NCBI GenBank assembly: GCA_958009085.1
Contig: OY253678.1
Coordinates: forward strand, 620,001 to 684,000
DNA: 64,000 nucleotides
Origin: Protoeuglena noctilucae
Taxonomy: Eukaryota
Direction: 5' to 3'
Part shown: positions 1 through 12,032 of the stretch, in pieces
Layout of the letters: every line of letters begins with the position of its first letter
How positions within the stretch are numbered: the stretch's first letter is position 1
Position numbers and translations under genes: made by a program
Notes under the pieces: generated by a model
Told to the model about the DNA's origin: nothing
Database searches by the model: none
Seen by the model: only the letters and a program-made list of their open reading frames with translations

Positions 1-2962
1 GGCCGTTCGCCAGCAGGCCGACCAGGTGACACTCCTCCCGGGCGCGCTTCGACGCGCCGGCCGTCCTTCGACGCTTGCAAACCTTCCCCGTGTCGTGGCG
101 TGTATTGCAGGGGCGCGTGGAGCTGGGGCGCGCGCTGCAGCGCGTGCTGCACCATCGCCAGGGCCGGGAGGACCCTCCTCTGACCCGGCTGCTCAAGTAC
201 ATGTCGTACATCTACATCCAGAGCTCCTCGAACGCCATGAAAGGCCCCGACGACGGCGAGGTCTACGCCCTGGCGCTGGAGCTCCTGGCGCAGGCACGCG
301 ACCCGCCGACAGGTGATCAGACGCATGCATTCAACGATTTGGGGTGCAAAAGTGGCCTCTCTGGTCCTCGCCCGGTCGGTCCACGCGTCTGCCGCTCGCG
401 CACGCACGCAGTGCCCGAGGTGCTCCCGTTACCCGTCAGCCGTGTCCGCGAGGCGGACGTGATGCACTTGCACCGCCACCTCGGGTCGGACACGGAGGTC
501 GCGCGCGTGGTCCTGGCGGCGTCGAATGGCAACTTGCAGCGCGCGTTCGACTCCGAAGTTCAGCGCATGAAAGTCAAGTGAGACCAAGGGGGGTTTGGGG
601 TGTGGGGTGTGCGGGGTGGGGTGAGTGAGTCCCAGCGTGGTGGTGTGCGTCCCCCACGCCCACCCAGCGACCCGCGCCCCTCTGCCGCAGCTCAAAGCTG
701 CTCAGCAGCCTCGTGTCCGAGTACAGCGTGTACCGCGGCCTGATCGACGAGGAGGAGGCTTCCACGTCAGGCCGCATTGATGGGGGGTCGGGCCAGCCCA
801 GGTGACCGGCGCCCGCGCTGCCCTAGACCAGGCCGCGTGCGCCGCCCCGCAGCTAGTGCTAGTGCCGTGACGAGGGCGGGAGTGAGGCCATGGGCGATGC
901 CACTCTCGCCGCCCTGACCCCATCCGTGAGTTGTGTGGGTGCCAGAGGTTTGCAAGAAGCTCGCACCGCCGCCCGCCCCCCGCAGTAGGCTGCGATGGGC
1001 GGTGAAGGCGGGTGCCGGGCAGGTCGACGTCGACGTGGGGGAGTGGAAGGACTACCGGGACGGAGCCCCTCGGGAGTTGATACGCAAGATCTGGGAGATC
1101 CGTGCGATGTTGGAGGCCAAGGATTTCCGAGGCGAGACGCCTTGCAGCTCTGTAGACGGATGGGAGGCGGAGCGCGCGCGGTGCGGCGGAGAGGGCCGAG
1201 GGACTTCATGCTTGGCGGCCTGCGATGGGGCACAGAGGGGTCGCACGGCGTGCGCCAACTTCCCCAGACTGCTTAGGCGATTCTGTTTCACCGGCCTCGC
1301 AGGGGCTGCCGAGGCCATCGCGAGCCTGGTCAAGGTTTCCGACGCCCAGTCCGACCGCGCCGCTCACGCCGAGCAGGGCTCCGGGCCTCGCACCTCCTGG
1401 CTGCAGCGACGCGGCGCCCTGGCATCAGCGCAGTTCGAGGCGCTGCGTGCGGAGGTCCTGGCGGCCGCGCACGCCGGCGCCGACCCCAGCGACATCCTGG
1501 CCTTGTTGCACGACTGTGTGGCACCCCTGGTCGCCCAGTTCCAGGCGACCCTCCTGCCGCGCATGAAGGAGCTCTCCCTTACGCTCCTCGGCGACCGGGA
1601 CCTCGTGGTAGCCGAGCCCGACCCGTTCGTGCTGTCGGACTTTGTCAGTGCGGCGCTCTCGGGCAGCGTCGAGGTGAGGGCGGAGCCGAGCGATGCCTTG
1701 GGGCCCAGGCGCGATTGTCTGGGCATGGCACGTGCTTGCTGGCCCTGCTCAGTTCTCCAAGCCAGTTGTATACTCATCGCCCTGGCCCACGCAGCTGCGG
1801 ACGCCTCGCCTCGTCTACCTCCTCTCGGCACTGCTCGAGGCCCACAAGGTGCGCAGCGGCAATCCTTGGCGCGGGCATCGGCGATACGTCATGCTCATCT
1901 CGCAGCGCTGCTGGCTTGCCATGGTGACACTGGCGACATCGGCGCTATGGGTGGCGTGAGTGGCACCATCTCTTTGACCCTCGCAGAGCTGGTTCCTGCG
2001 GAAAGAGGACCCCTTTGGAGATGCGCTGCGAGTCAAGGAACTCGTTTTGATGCCCTCGGATGTGCCTGGGGCGGACTGGGCCACCCTGGGGCTCAGCGCG
2101 AGGTATGTTGGGATTTGGTGACGCACGGCATCGCATGAATGCCATGTCGAATGCATACCATGACGAACGCATGCCTTGCTCCCACGGAGGCAGAGAGGAG
2201 CCTCGGGACCGGACCCCACGTCAGCGACACTGCTGGGCGGGCTCCACACTCCGATACTCCGTCACCCGTACCTCACGTCCCCTTCCCCACAGCTCCAGCG
2301 CCAGGCCAGAGCCGCAGGCGGAGGAGGACGCGGAGCCCCGGCATCGATCGGGCGCGCTGTTCACCTTCTTCGCCCCCGAGACGTCGCTGCGGCGCCTGGC
2401 TGGCCTCGAGGCTGGGGCCGACGGCGCGGGGGCGCACGGGGCTGGTGACGGGGAGATTTTGATGTTGGACGACGAGATGGATGAGGAGGATGACGAGGAG
2501 ATGTCAGACGCGGAGCTGCAGGAGGGGGTTGAGAATGAGTTCGGGCTGGTGGGCGTGTATGGGGAAGAGGAGGAGGAGGAGGAGGGCGAGGGCGAGGAAG
2601 GAGACGAGGGGGAGGAGATGGATGAAGACGAGGAGGGTGACGAGGAGGAGGGCGGGGTGGAGACGGTGATTGTGACGGAGGATGCGATCCGGCAGGTCAT
2701 GGAGGTGAGGGAGGCGGTGGCAGTGACGGGTGGGGCCACAAGCGGGTGTATCTTGCCGTTGGGCCACGCAGACTATTTCATGTGGTTACAATTGTCCCGT
2801 TGTCCGGGCAATGTGGACTTAAGCGAACGGACGTAATTTGGTGTTGCCCCCACGCAGATCCTGGCCCTCAACCGGACGCTCGCGCTGGAGCTCCTGGCTC
2901 AGTGCGGGGGCAGCGTGGAGGAGGTGATCAACAGCCAATTCCCGGAGGAGATTCCTTACTGA
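1..2962 (+). CDS. CTLH/CRA- and UBA-like-domain protein resembling the plant At5g66810-type family; multi-exon, 5' end outside window
   Basis: Spliced peptides ARDPP..., GNLQRAFDSEVQRMKVNSKLLSSLVSEYSVYRGLID, PRLVYLLSALLEAHK|SWF and C-terminal EDAIRQVME|ILALNRTLALELLAQCGGSVEEVI follow the recalled family order; acidic tract at ~2470-2655; stop TGA 2960-2962. Confidence 0.7.
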
Positions 2963-3256
2963 CGAGACGCCTGCTCAGATGCTTGTTGCGAGAGCCTCCA
3001 CCGAGATGCTATTGCAACCTGGTTGGTTAGCTCATGCGTCGCCCTCCCCCGCACCAAGCGGCGTTCTCTCAGCAGCGGCGCCCGCCATCTGTGTTGCTTC
3101 CGCGACTCGATTGCACGATTCAAACGCTCTCCGAGGACACGCGCTGCGGTGTGACCCCGGGAGCCAAGCTAGGACAGGTCAGGGGGGGAACGGGGCGGGT
3201 TGCAATGCTCGGCACCAAAACGGGCCCGGAAGGTCTCCGGCCCTGCTTGCCGTCGC

Positions 3257-4335
3257 TCAGTTGTCGTGGACGCGGCACTCGTCGGCGTCGGGCTCCGTCT
3301 TGCAGTACTTCTCCAGGGGGTCCTTTTCCTCCGGGTGCTTCATCGCCTCATGCCCCTGTGCGCGCGGATCGGAAGCAGGCTGAGCGACGCGCGCCGTGCT
3401 TGTCGAAGAACCAATCGCACACAGGCAAAGCGGAGGGCCGCGACCGCGACCGCCACCGCCCGAGCGGAGATGGGTTGGGCGCAACCGCGGCGTGGTCCCA
3501 CCTTCTCCGCGGAGAGCTCCTCGACGACGTCCCACGCGCTGGCGCACGACTTCTTGTCGTCCGTGGCGCACACCTCCTCCGCGTCGTGGATGGCATCCTC
3601 GATGCGCTTCTTCAGCTCATCCTGCGGCGCGAGGGGAGCTCTCGTCATACCGATCCCTGCAGCCCATCAGAGGCCTCGCGCCGCCATGGACGCCACAAAC
3701 GCGCCGTCCTCTATCGGAGCACGGGGCCGGGAGGCGCGGGAGCGCGCACACCGGACGCCTCGGCCGCTGACCAAGGAAACGCCAACGCGGAGGATCGGCG
3801 CAAATACCGCCCCGATCGCCCGCAGCCCGATCCACAAACGCAAGTCGTGACGCGGCCGCGGACCCCAGCTACGGGCGCAGGGAACAGGAGCGGCGAAAGA
3901 GGCGTTCGCGTCCCGGGAGCAGGTCGCCCCGCCCCGTCGAGCGACAGGTGACACGCAAAGATTAAGGAGGCCACTAAAGGCACGACGGGAGGCCCGAGGG
4001 AAGGGCCGGGAGGTCCCGGCCCGGCCGTTTACCGACGCCCGCGTGTCCCGGCCTCGTCGACTCCGCGCAGCGCGCGCGGAGCCGAAAGTGACCAGCTGGC
4101 GCTCGACGCGGGACGTCTCGCGGCGGGAGAGCCGAGGAAACTCCACAACAGATCGTCGCAAGGCTGCCGCGAGTTCTCCGCGCCCGGGCGGCCCAAGAGG
4201 CCGATGCGAGGGCACCACGACGGCAAACTCGCGCCTCACCTGGCGGGGGTTGGCGCGGACGACCACGGCGCGGCGCGACGTCGCGCACGCGGCCCGGGGG
4301 GCCACGGAGGGCTTGGCAACGATCGAGGAGATCAT
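3257..4335 (-). CDS. CP12: Calvin cycle regulatory protein CP12, plastid-targeted, 3 exons
   Basis: Transit-like MISSIVAKPSVAPRAA...VVVRA; N-terminal Cys pair with AWDVVEEL motif; C-terminal DPLEKYCKTEPDADECRVHDN. Confidence 0.95.
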
Positions 4336-4511
4336 CTTGGTCTTCGCACTTCACTGCAACGTTGATTCCTGAGTTCGGTGATGCCGGGGGAGGGCGCCGG
4401 GCCCGGTAGAAGACGACGTGCTGAAACCGGGGAGGGCTCTTACGTACTTTTTTTCACTTCCGCTGCCTTGGTGGCGAGATCGTTGATGGGGACGGCGGCG
4501 TGGGGCGGACC

Positions 4512-5599
4512 ATGGCGCTTTGTAGGCCTCTGGGGTGGGCCACGAGGGTGCGCATGAAAGTGGGGGCGGAGGGGGGCAACGATGAGCCATCAAGCAGCAG
4601 AAACACGGAGCTGGGGGCCACGGTGCGGCGAAAGGTCCGCAGGGTACAGGAACGTGTGGAGAGGATGGGCCCGGAGGGACTGGAGCAGCGGTTGAGGGGG
4701 CCGCCGGTGGCAGCGCCCTATGCCTGGACCAGCACGGTGTCTGCACTTGTTGAAGTGGGGCGGGCTCCTGCTCTGCTGGCAGAGGTGGGGCGGGCGGGCG
4801 CGCAGGAGGGGCCACGGGACGTCGCCCAGCGTGCCTTCGGGCTCATCAAGGCCGGCGCAGATGCCGTCGTGGTCCGCTGCGACGAGGAGGACACCCCAGA
4901 CGGCCTCGCAGACCTCACGGCGACCGTGAGGTGTGGGAGGGTGACTTGTACCTGTGGCCCTGCGCGGGCTCGACCTCATGCCGGCAACCCATCTCACGCG
5001 GTGTGCTCGCAGGGAGGTGCAGAGCCATCCCGAGTTCCGTCGGACGCCCGTGCTGATGAAGGACTGGGTGGTGCACCCCCTTCAGCTCGCTGACGCCGTG
5101 GACTGTGGCGCGGTGGGCGTCATCGGAGCGGTGTGCCAAGTGACGAGCCCCAAGGGCACGCTGACGCTCAGCCAGTACGGCACGTCGCGTGGTCTCGACA
5201 TGCCCATCGAGGTCGTCAATGCAGCGGAGCTCAAGGCCATGGAGCAGGGGGGCGTCACGCTCTATGCCTTCGTGAGCGGAAGGGCAGGGCAGGGTCTGCT
5301 GGCTTCCTAGACCACGCAGAGACGCATCCTCAAAGGCCCCCACTTGCTTGCAGAACACGTCGATCGCAATCACGCTCTCTATGCCCGGATTCCGACAGAG
5401 GCTGACGGAGGGCCTGATCTCGGCCCTCCCCTTCGGCTCGCTGTCCCTGGTCGGAGTGCGCAACGTGGATGAGGCCCGGGACGCGCGGCTCGCGGGGGCC
5501 GACGCCCTCCTCGTAGCGTGGTCGGCGCTGGAGGGCATGTCACAAGAGCAGGCACAAGAACTGTTCTCGGACATTCGATACGCCTGCAGCATGGATTGA
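4512..5599 (+). CDS. Indole-3-glycerol-phosphate-synthase-like TIM-barrel protein with a degenerate active site, 3 exons
   Basis: LAEVGR, AGADAV, TPVLMKDWVVHPLQLADA, PIEV and LAGADALLV motifs lie in IGPS order; GT-AG introns keep the frame. Confidence 0.8.
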
Positions 5600-5786
5600 A
5601 TGACTCCTCGCACCGGTGTGCCGCACCCATCGTCAGTGCCCTGTTTCTTCCTCCAGCCGCATCAGTCGAAGCTCTTGGTTGCAACAGGCAAAAAAAAGGC
5701 CACCAGTCACTGCGTGAACAGCCGCCGCACTGCATCTCGCGAGCAGTGTGGCGAGTTGGGACAATGTAGTGCGCCATTGTTGAGCG

Positions 5787-6730
5787 ATGCCGAGAGACGA
5801 CATCGTCCTGACCTACGGCGACGCATGCTTGAGGAGATCCGATGTGGCGCTTCTCGAGGACGGCTGCTGGGTGCGTCACGCGCGCGCTGGGCACCGCTCA
5901 GGCTCGCAAAGACCGGCCAGCCACGTTACTTGTGCAGAATTAGAGGATCTCTCGACGCACGCACAGATCAACGACGCCGTCCTGGCCTTCATACTCGAAG
6001 TCGTGGCTGCCGGCGTCTCCTCAGCCCACCAAGCATTGACCGCGTTCCTGAACCCGGCCCTCGTTCACCTTTCCAGGCTGGTGCGCACGTGCAAGCCATG
6101 AAACACCCTCAGCGCGCTAGCAGCAGCCCTCGCTCGAGACCACAGGCCAGCTCCACGCGCTCTGCGCCCAGGTCAGCGTCGAGGAGCTCTCGGCGATCCT
6201 GGAGCCGCTGGCGCTGTCGTCGAGGGGCGTCATCGTGTGTCCCATCAACGACAGCGTCCTCGATGAGGCGGGGTCGGGCACCCACTGGTCGCTGGCCGTG
6301 CTGACGCGCGAGGGCGGGGCACGAGAGCTGTGGCTCCTGGACAGCATGGGCGGGTCCAACAGCAGGGCTGCTGCGAGCGTCGCCTCCCGCATCGCCACCG
6401 TGGCCGGCTGGGATGTCCAGGAAGTCCACGAATTGGACGTGCCGCAGGTGGGTGCGGGCGAACAGACGGGGCGGCACGCTGAGGGCATGTCACGGCCTTT
6501 CACTCGCCCCTGAGTGCTCTGCCATGCAGCAAGTGGACGGGTGCGACTGCGGCCTCTACGTCGCCGCCTTTGCCGAGGCTCTGACCCACGTGATGGCGGA
6601 GGGGACGCTGGAGAGGCAGGCCCTGGCGCGGCGCTGCGAGGCGCTCGTCTCGTGTCTCGGCCGCCACCCCGGGCGGGAGATGCGGCGCAGGTGGCGAGCC
6701 GAGATTCGCCGGCTCACAGAGCAGGCATAA
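5787..6730 (+). CDS. SENP8: NEDD8-specific protease 1 (Ulp1/C48 family), 4 exons
   Basis: VLTYGDACLRRSDVALLEDGCW|INDAVLAF; GTHWSLAV; LLDSM; PQ|QVDGCDCGLYV (His-Asp-Cys triad). Confidence 0.9.
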
Positions 6731-6815
6731 TATCCTCAAGTCGCTTGACAACGCTTCACAAAGGTCCCCAGGAAGCTTTCGGCAGTGCCTCTATCGCGGG
6801 GCATTTAGTGCAAGT

Positions 6816-7620
6816 CTACTTCCTGCGCTTGATGTGCGTGCCCTTGGGCGGCACGGGGGACTGCCGCCCCAACTTGCCCTGCACAAAACAGGCGTGGGCA
6901 GAGCATAGTTCAGGCAGTCTTGCATTTGACGTGGGCAGAGGCTGAGCCGCAGGCCTGGCCGGGCGTGGCCCACGCACCTTGGAAGCCCCCACGTCCGACG
7001 TGTTGCGGACCTTGACGAGCGACTCCGGCCACCAGGGAAAGATAATGGGGGTGTCGACGCCTGCCGCCTCATAGACCCTCCTGCGCACGCGCAGCGCCTC
7101 CAGGATGCCGTGATAGCCGAAGACGAGCGTCATGACGAGGTGGCCCGCCACTTGGGGCCCCCTCATGAGACCCTGCCGCAGCAGCGGCTGCATGATGCTA
7201 AAGACAAAGACGAACTCGGCGAAGTGCGCGACCCAGCCGAGGAAGGAGCACACCATCGCGGCCCGACCCAGGCCATACTTGTGCAGCGTGTTGTCAAAAA
7301 GACGAACGACGGGCACGATCCCTGCGACGAGGCGAATGCATGGGCAGCTCGGCAGGGGCGTCGTGGCAAGGCTGAGACTGTCTGTCGCTGCAACCGCGAC
7401 TCACGAGACGCGGGGACCCAGGACGTGAGCGTGATGCCAACGAGTGTCGTGACGAGGATCCAGGGGATGAACGACGTCGGCAGGGATGGCGGGCTGGCTG
7501 CCCGAAGGGCCTCCTGTGGCCACGCGAGGGCAACGCGATGTATGCGCGACGGACGGGGCCGGGTCCCATGGTGATGCGCGCGAGTCATTTGTCCCTTACC
7601 TCCTTCCGAACTCCCGACAT
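6816..7620 (-). CDS. Small multi-pass membrane protein, TMEM254/DUF4499-like
   Basis: Hydrophobic segments with GWVAHFAEF and LVMTLVFGY motifs and a basic C-terminus (HIKRRK*); start ATG 7620 inferred from splice sites. Confidence 0.55.
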
Positions 7621-7928
7621 CGGACGACGTTTCAGGATCGGATCCGGCAACGTGGAACTGGGGGGTATGTGGTGACTCCAGGCACTTTTGCGCGCCAGAG
7701 GAATGTGAGGCGGTTGGAGAAGATGCAAGAAGGAGCGCGTAGACATGCATTATCGAGTTGGTTTTGTTTTTCGAGTGAAAAAACCCTGCCAGTCACAGCG
7801 CTGGAAAGCACGCGGAAACTACACATTCGCCGACGCTGGGAGGCGATGCGGCATCGTGGCGATCTTCTTGGATTCCCCACTGGCACTGTGAGTGATTTCT
7901 TGAGAATTTCGCTTCCCGACATAGACAT

Positions 7929-8723
7929 ATGCTGGCTTTGGGCCGGCGTGCGTTTCTCGGCGTGCTCGTCCCCCTTCCGGGAGTCCCCCGCGAGCAGGCA
8001 ACGCCGTACAGCGCGTGGCAGCTCCGGCAGCTGCCTCTCAGGCCGGATGTCGATAGCGCCGAGGCACTGCGGCAACTGGGCGTCCGAAAGCAGCGCAGCG
8101 AGGTGCGGGTCAAAGCCTGCAGGCAGCGCGCCGCCACGTGGTGTCCTGTTGTCAAACACACGCGTCGTCTTCCTCTCCAGGACCGCCAAGACTCGGTGGC
8201 ATCCCAGGTGGCGGACTTCACGCAGCTGGTGGACGACGCCCGCACCGCAGCGCGCAGCGGCGACCACGCAGGCGCCCTGCGCCTCTACACGGATGCCGCC
8301 GAGCGCCACGCGGACCTGGCGCTGAGCGAGTACGCCAAGTTCGGCCGAGCTCTGGAGCTTTTCCAGGAGGGGGACCGGGTCCAATCGACCCTGGAGCTCT
8401 CGGCGCTCGCGCTGGAGCTGCAGGGGTGGGCCCAGGTGACTGTGGCCGCACGGAAGCACCTGTATCGACTCCGCTCCCCGGCCATGTCACGCGGACCACT
8501 CACTGCAGCTCCCCAGTCCGTTGCCCAGGTGCATGCAGCGCTGGCGTCCGTGTTGTACGTGACGGGGCGGCCCTTCCGAGCCGAGGACGAGTGGCGGCGC
8601 GCGGTGGTGGCCGAGCCCCGCTTCGAGCGCCTCGCGTGGGCCAAGGAGGAGGTCACGGGGTCTCGCGTGCCTTGGCCGCCAAGAGTCGTCGAAGCACTCG
8701 AGGCCTTCCTGACACTTCAATAA
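7929..8723 (+). CDS. TPR protein of the cyanobacterial/plastid WPP-ending type
   Basis: TPR-like helices (GDHAGALRLY, RALELFQEG, VHAALASVLY), C-terminal WPPRVVEALEAFLTLQ*, N-terminal RRAFL; two GT-AG introns; start uncertain. Confidence 0.75.
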   Translation: MLALGRRAFLGVLVPLPGVPREQATPYSAWQLRQLPLRPDVDSAEALRQLGVRKQRSEVRVKACRQRAATWCPVVKHTRRLPLQDRQDSVASQVADFTQLVDDARTAARSGDHAGALRLYTDAAERHADLALSEYAKFGRALELFQEGDRVQSTLELSALALELQGWAQVTVAARKHLYRLRSPAMSRGPLTAAPQSVAQVHAALASVLYVTGRPFRAEDEWRRAVVAEPRFERLAWAKEEVTGSRVPWPPRVVEALEAFLTLQ

Positions 8724-8774
8724 CCCTCCCGCACCTCCTAGACCCTGTGCTTCGATGGCTCTTCGCGCACCTTC

Positions 8775-10093
8775 CTAACCCCTGTGCTTCTTTGCGGCAT
8801 CGATGAGGGACGCGATGCTCACGCAGTAGCCCCTGCCAAAGGTCGACGCCACGAAGCACTGCTGCAGGTACGCCGGCGACATCCCCGGCGCCTTGACCCC
8901 GGGAGGCCGGGCGTTGACCACCGCCGCGACGAAGGCTCCGACGTTGTCCTGGAGCTTCTCCAGCTCCCACGCCGCGCTCCCCACGCCCCCGTGGATGTGG
9001 CCGTGCTTGTCCACCCGGAACTCAATGCGGCCCCGCTTGAGCTCGGCAATCACGGCGGCAGGGTCGGTCGTCACCGTGCCCACCTTGGGGTTGGGCATGA
9101 GGCCCCGCGGTCCCAGCAGGCGCGCGGCCTTCGACACCACCGGCATCTGGTCCGGCGTGGCCACCACCTTGTCGAACGAAATGGCCTTGGTCCCGTCCCG
9201 CTGGAGGGCGTCCACCAGGTCCAGAGAGCCGATGATGTCCGCGCCCGCCCGCCGAACCGCATCCACCAGATCGGGGTTGACAAAGGCGCACACCCGCACG
9301 CTCTTGGCTGCGTGGGGGACATGAGGAGACATCTCAGAGGGCCGCTGGTGCCGCGACCGACCCAGGCTACCGCCCGCGAGGCGCCGCACCCAAGCCATGG
9401 GGCAGCACCGCTGCTCCGCGGATGATCTGGTCGCCCTTGCGTGGGTCCACGCCCATCTTCACGTGGACCTCGACCGTCCCCGCCCTGCGTGCAGACTCGC
9501 CCTGGCGAGAAACCCTGGCCAAGGCCTCGGCGCGGACCATCGCCAGGGCCTCGCTCAGGCTCCGAGGGGTGCGGTACGTCTCCCTCAAGGCTCTGTAGAG
9601 CAGGGGCGCATGCAGGGGAGGTTGCCGCGGCCTGGCCGGCCTGCGCTGAAAGCAGCGGCATTCGCCCTCACGCTTGCGCTTGCATCAACTCGGGTTGGAC
9701 GAAGCGGGGCAAGAGGAGGTCCTCGTAGCCCGGGTCGAGCGTGATGCCCAGCACCTCCAACGCCTTATCCCTGCGCGCCAAGGCCGGAGTGAGTCAGCAA
9801 GTGCGCGACTATTCATCACACACATCGGCGAAGTGCGCGCGAGGCGCGGGAGGCGCTGCGGGGCACCTGACGTCCTTTCTCCCAGCCACGTCGCCCCGGG
9901 GCGGCCGGGGGAGAAATTTCTTGACAGGGATGTGTCGCTCCGTATTCGCCGAACTAGTAGAAGTGACATCCTGGTCCCCGGTCGCGATTCCGCCCGCCCA
10001 TCGCGTCGCTAAGCTGCTCCTGGCCTCCAGACCCAGCGCGGTTCGGCTGCCCGCCGCCAGGCACCGGCGCAGGGCCTGCTGAGCTGCAGCCAT
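8775..10093 (-). CDS. rpl1: Organellar (probably mitochondrial) ribosomal protein uL1
   Basis: [60 protein letters not shown]; Arg/Ala-rich presequence. Confidence 0.92.
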
Positions 10094-10538
10094 CTCTGCC
10101 GACACACGCTACCCTCGAGAACTCATCGCTCAGCGAACGCGTCGCCGATCGACGGCGCGGCTGCTGCTCTACAAAAACTGCGGCCAAAAACTGTCGCTCC
10201 AGCCGGCCTCACGGGGGGAGTCGCCTGGATTTGCGGCGCCCGCAGTCAGTGGATGAAGATGAACTGCTGGTAGCATGCCCCTTTCGCCCCTGTCATGCAC
10301 GCCTCGATCGATTTCCAAGCGGTGCCACTGCCTGCCTGACACGTTTGGAGCCTGGACCATCAGCAGCCGGCGAAGACGATGCGTTTTTGTCTCCATCGCG
10401 ACCCTCATCTTGCCCTGCAGCGCTATTCGCCCGGCAGCTTGTCTGCGCACAACTGCACGGCTAACTGTGACTCTTCCCGTCTCTGGGGCGAGGAAGCACT
10501 GCCGATCTCTTCTCCGTGACGTAGGACGTACGTTGACC

Positions 10539-11991
10539 ATGGCTGAGGCGGAGGAGAACTTGACGCCGGCCGAGATCCGGAGGCGGAAGATCCTTGCCCG
10601 TGGCGCGGACCGGCTGAGCAAGATTACCGGGCAGACGACGGCGGACACCCAGTACGCGGAAGCCAACGCCCCTGCCGCGGACGCTCAGGTGCAGGTTGGC
10701 CTTTCACATGCCCGCGCGGGGGCGCCAGGGCGTGCACGAAACAGCCAAGGCTTTTGCCTGACCACGCAGGAGTCCTTCGTCCTCCAAGTACCGTCGGACA
10801 ACCCTTTGGATGCGTGGATGAACTCGGCTGGCCCAGCTCCCGAGGCGGAGAGGGACGCGGCGGGCGCGGGGGCAGACGCTGGCCCCGGTGCTGCACCCGC
10901 GGGCTCGAGGCCTTCCGCGTCCAAGTCGGGACCATCTCTCCCTCCAAAGCGTGTGGGAGCAGCTGCGGTCGCAGCCAAGAGTGGCGATGACATCGGTGCG
11001 TCGAGGGACGCGCCCATGGACCTCGACACGCGGTGTGCCAAGTGCCTGCAGCTCCCCCAGCGATGCCGCCTGGCCCCCGCGCGACCGCAGATTCGATTCG
11101 CAGCGAGACACGCAAGGCGGGGGCGGGGATGCGCTGGTCCCCCGTGAACGCGGCAGGAAGGGGCCCGATCACGGTGCGGGACGCCCTGGCATACGCGGCG
11201 GCCGTCACGGGCCCTGTGCGCGTCATCACGTGCATCGCGATCGCCACCGCCGCGTCGGCGCACGCCAGGGGCGACCTGACGGTGCTGTTCCCGAGGAGCT
11301 GGGAGGCCCAGGTCATGGCCGCGGTGGGCCTGCCTTACGTCCGGGAGGCGGTGGCGGCTCTCATGACAGCGACGCGGACGATGCACCCCGTGCTCCTCCT
11401 CCTCGCCCTCCAGGCTGCCGTCATCCTCACCACCCTCCTCATGGTGCGTTGCCACACTGGCGCGCTGCACGTTGCGAGCGTTGAGCAAGCGAGGCACGCA
11501 GCACCCACTTCATCGCGCGACTCCGCACGCAGGCTCTTCTGGTGGCGCGGGGGGCGATCCGCGCCGCGGCTGCGAAGAAGCCCGCGCTGCAGGGGATGCT
11601 GGGCGTGGTGGCTGGGATGGTCCCCGGGGTCAGGACGGCCCTTGCCGCCATCGGCGCCGTGACGCTCACCGTCGGGACGCTCGCGTCCGACGTGGCCATC
11701 TTCCTTGTAGCAGGCGAGCGAGCCTTGCGAGAGCAGCTGCACCACCCTGACGCGGCTGCTGGGCGTCACTACCCACAAAAGCCACTGGTGTTGTTCCACG
11801 CAGTGGGTGTGCTGGGTGGCGTCTCGCCTGGTCAGCTCAAAGCGTTGGAGCGGGCACAGGACGGGGAGGCAGCAGCGGCTATTATGGGGGCTGGCAGCGG
11901 CTTGGAAGGCAGCGAGGGCGCGGTGGGACTCGGGGACATGCGTGCCGCCGATGCCCTCAGCCACGCGGACGCTGGAAGGGTGGAGTTCTAA
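10539..11991 (+). CDS. GET2: GET2/CAML-like ER tail-anchored-protein insertase subunit
   Basis: N-terminal EIRRRKILARGADRLSKITG matches the GET2/CAML Get3-binding motif; low-complexity linker then about three hydrophobic segments. Confidence 0.75.
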
Positions 11992-12032
11992 GGCCTGCTT
12001 CAAGGCTGGGCTGGCTTTGAAGAAGAAGTCGC

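Noticed and set aside
2470..2655. GAG-rich tract as a microsatellite or regulatory element
   Set aside because: It encodes an ordinary acidic low-complexity linker within the CTLH-domain gene.
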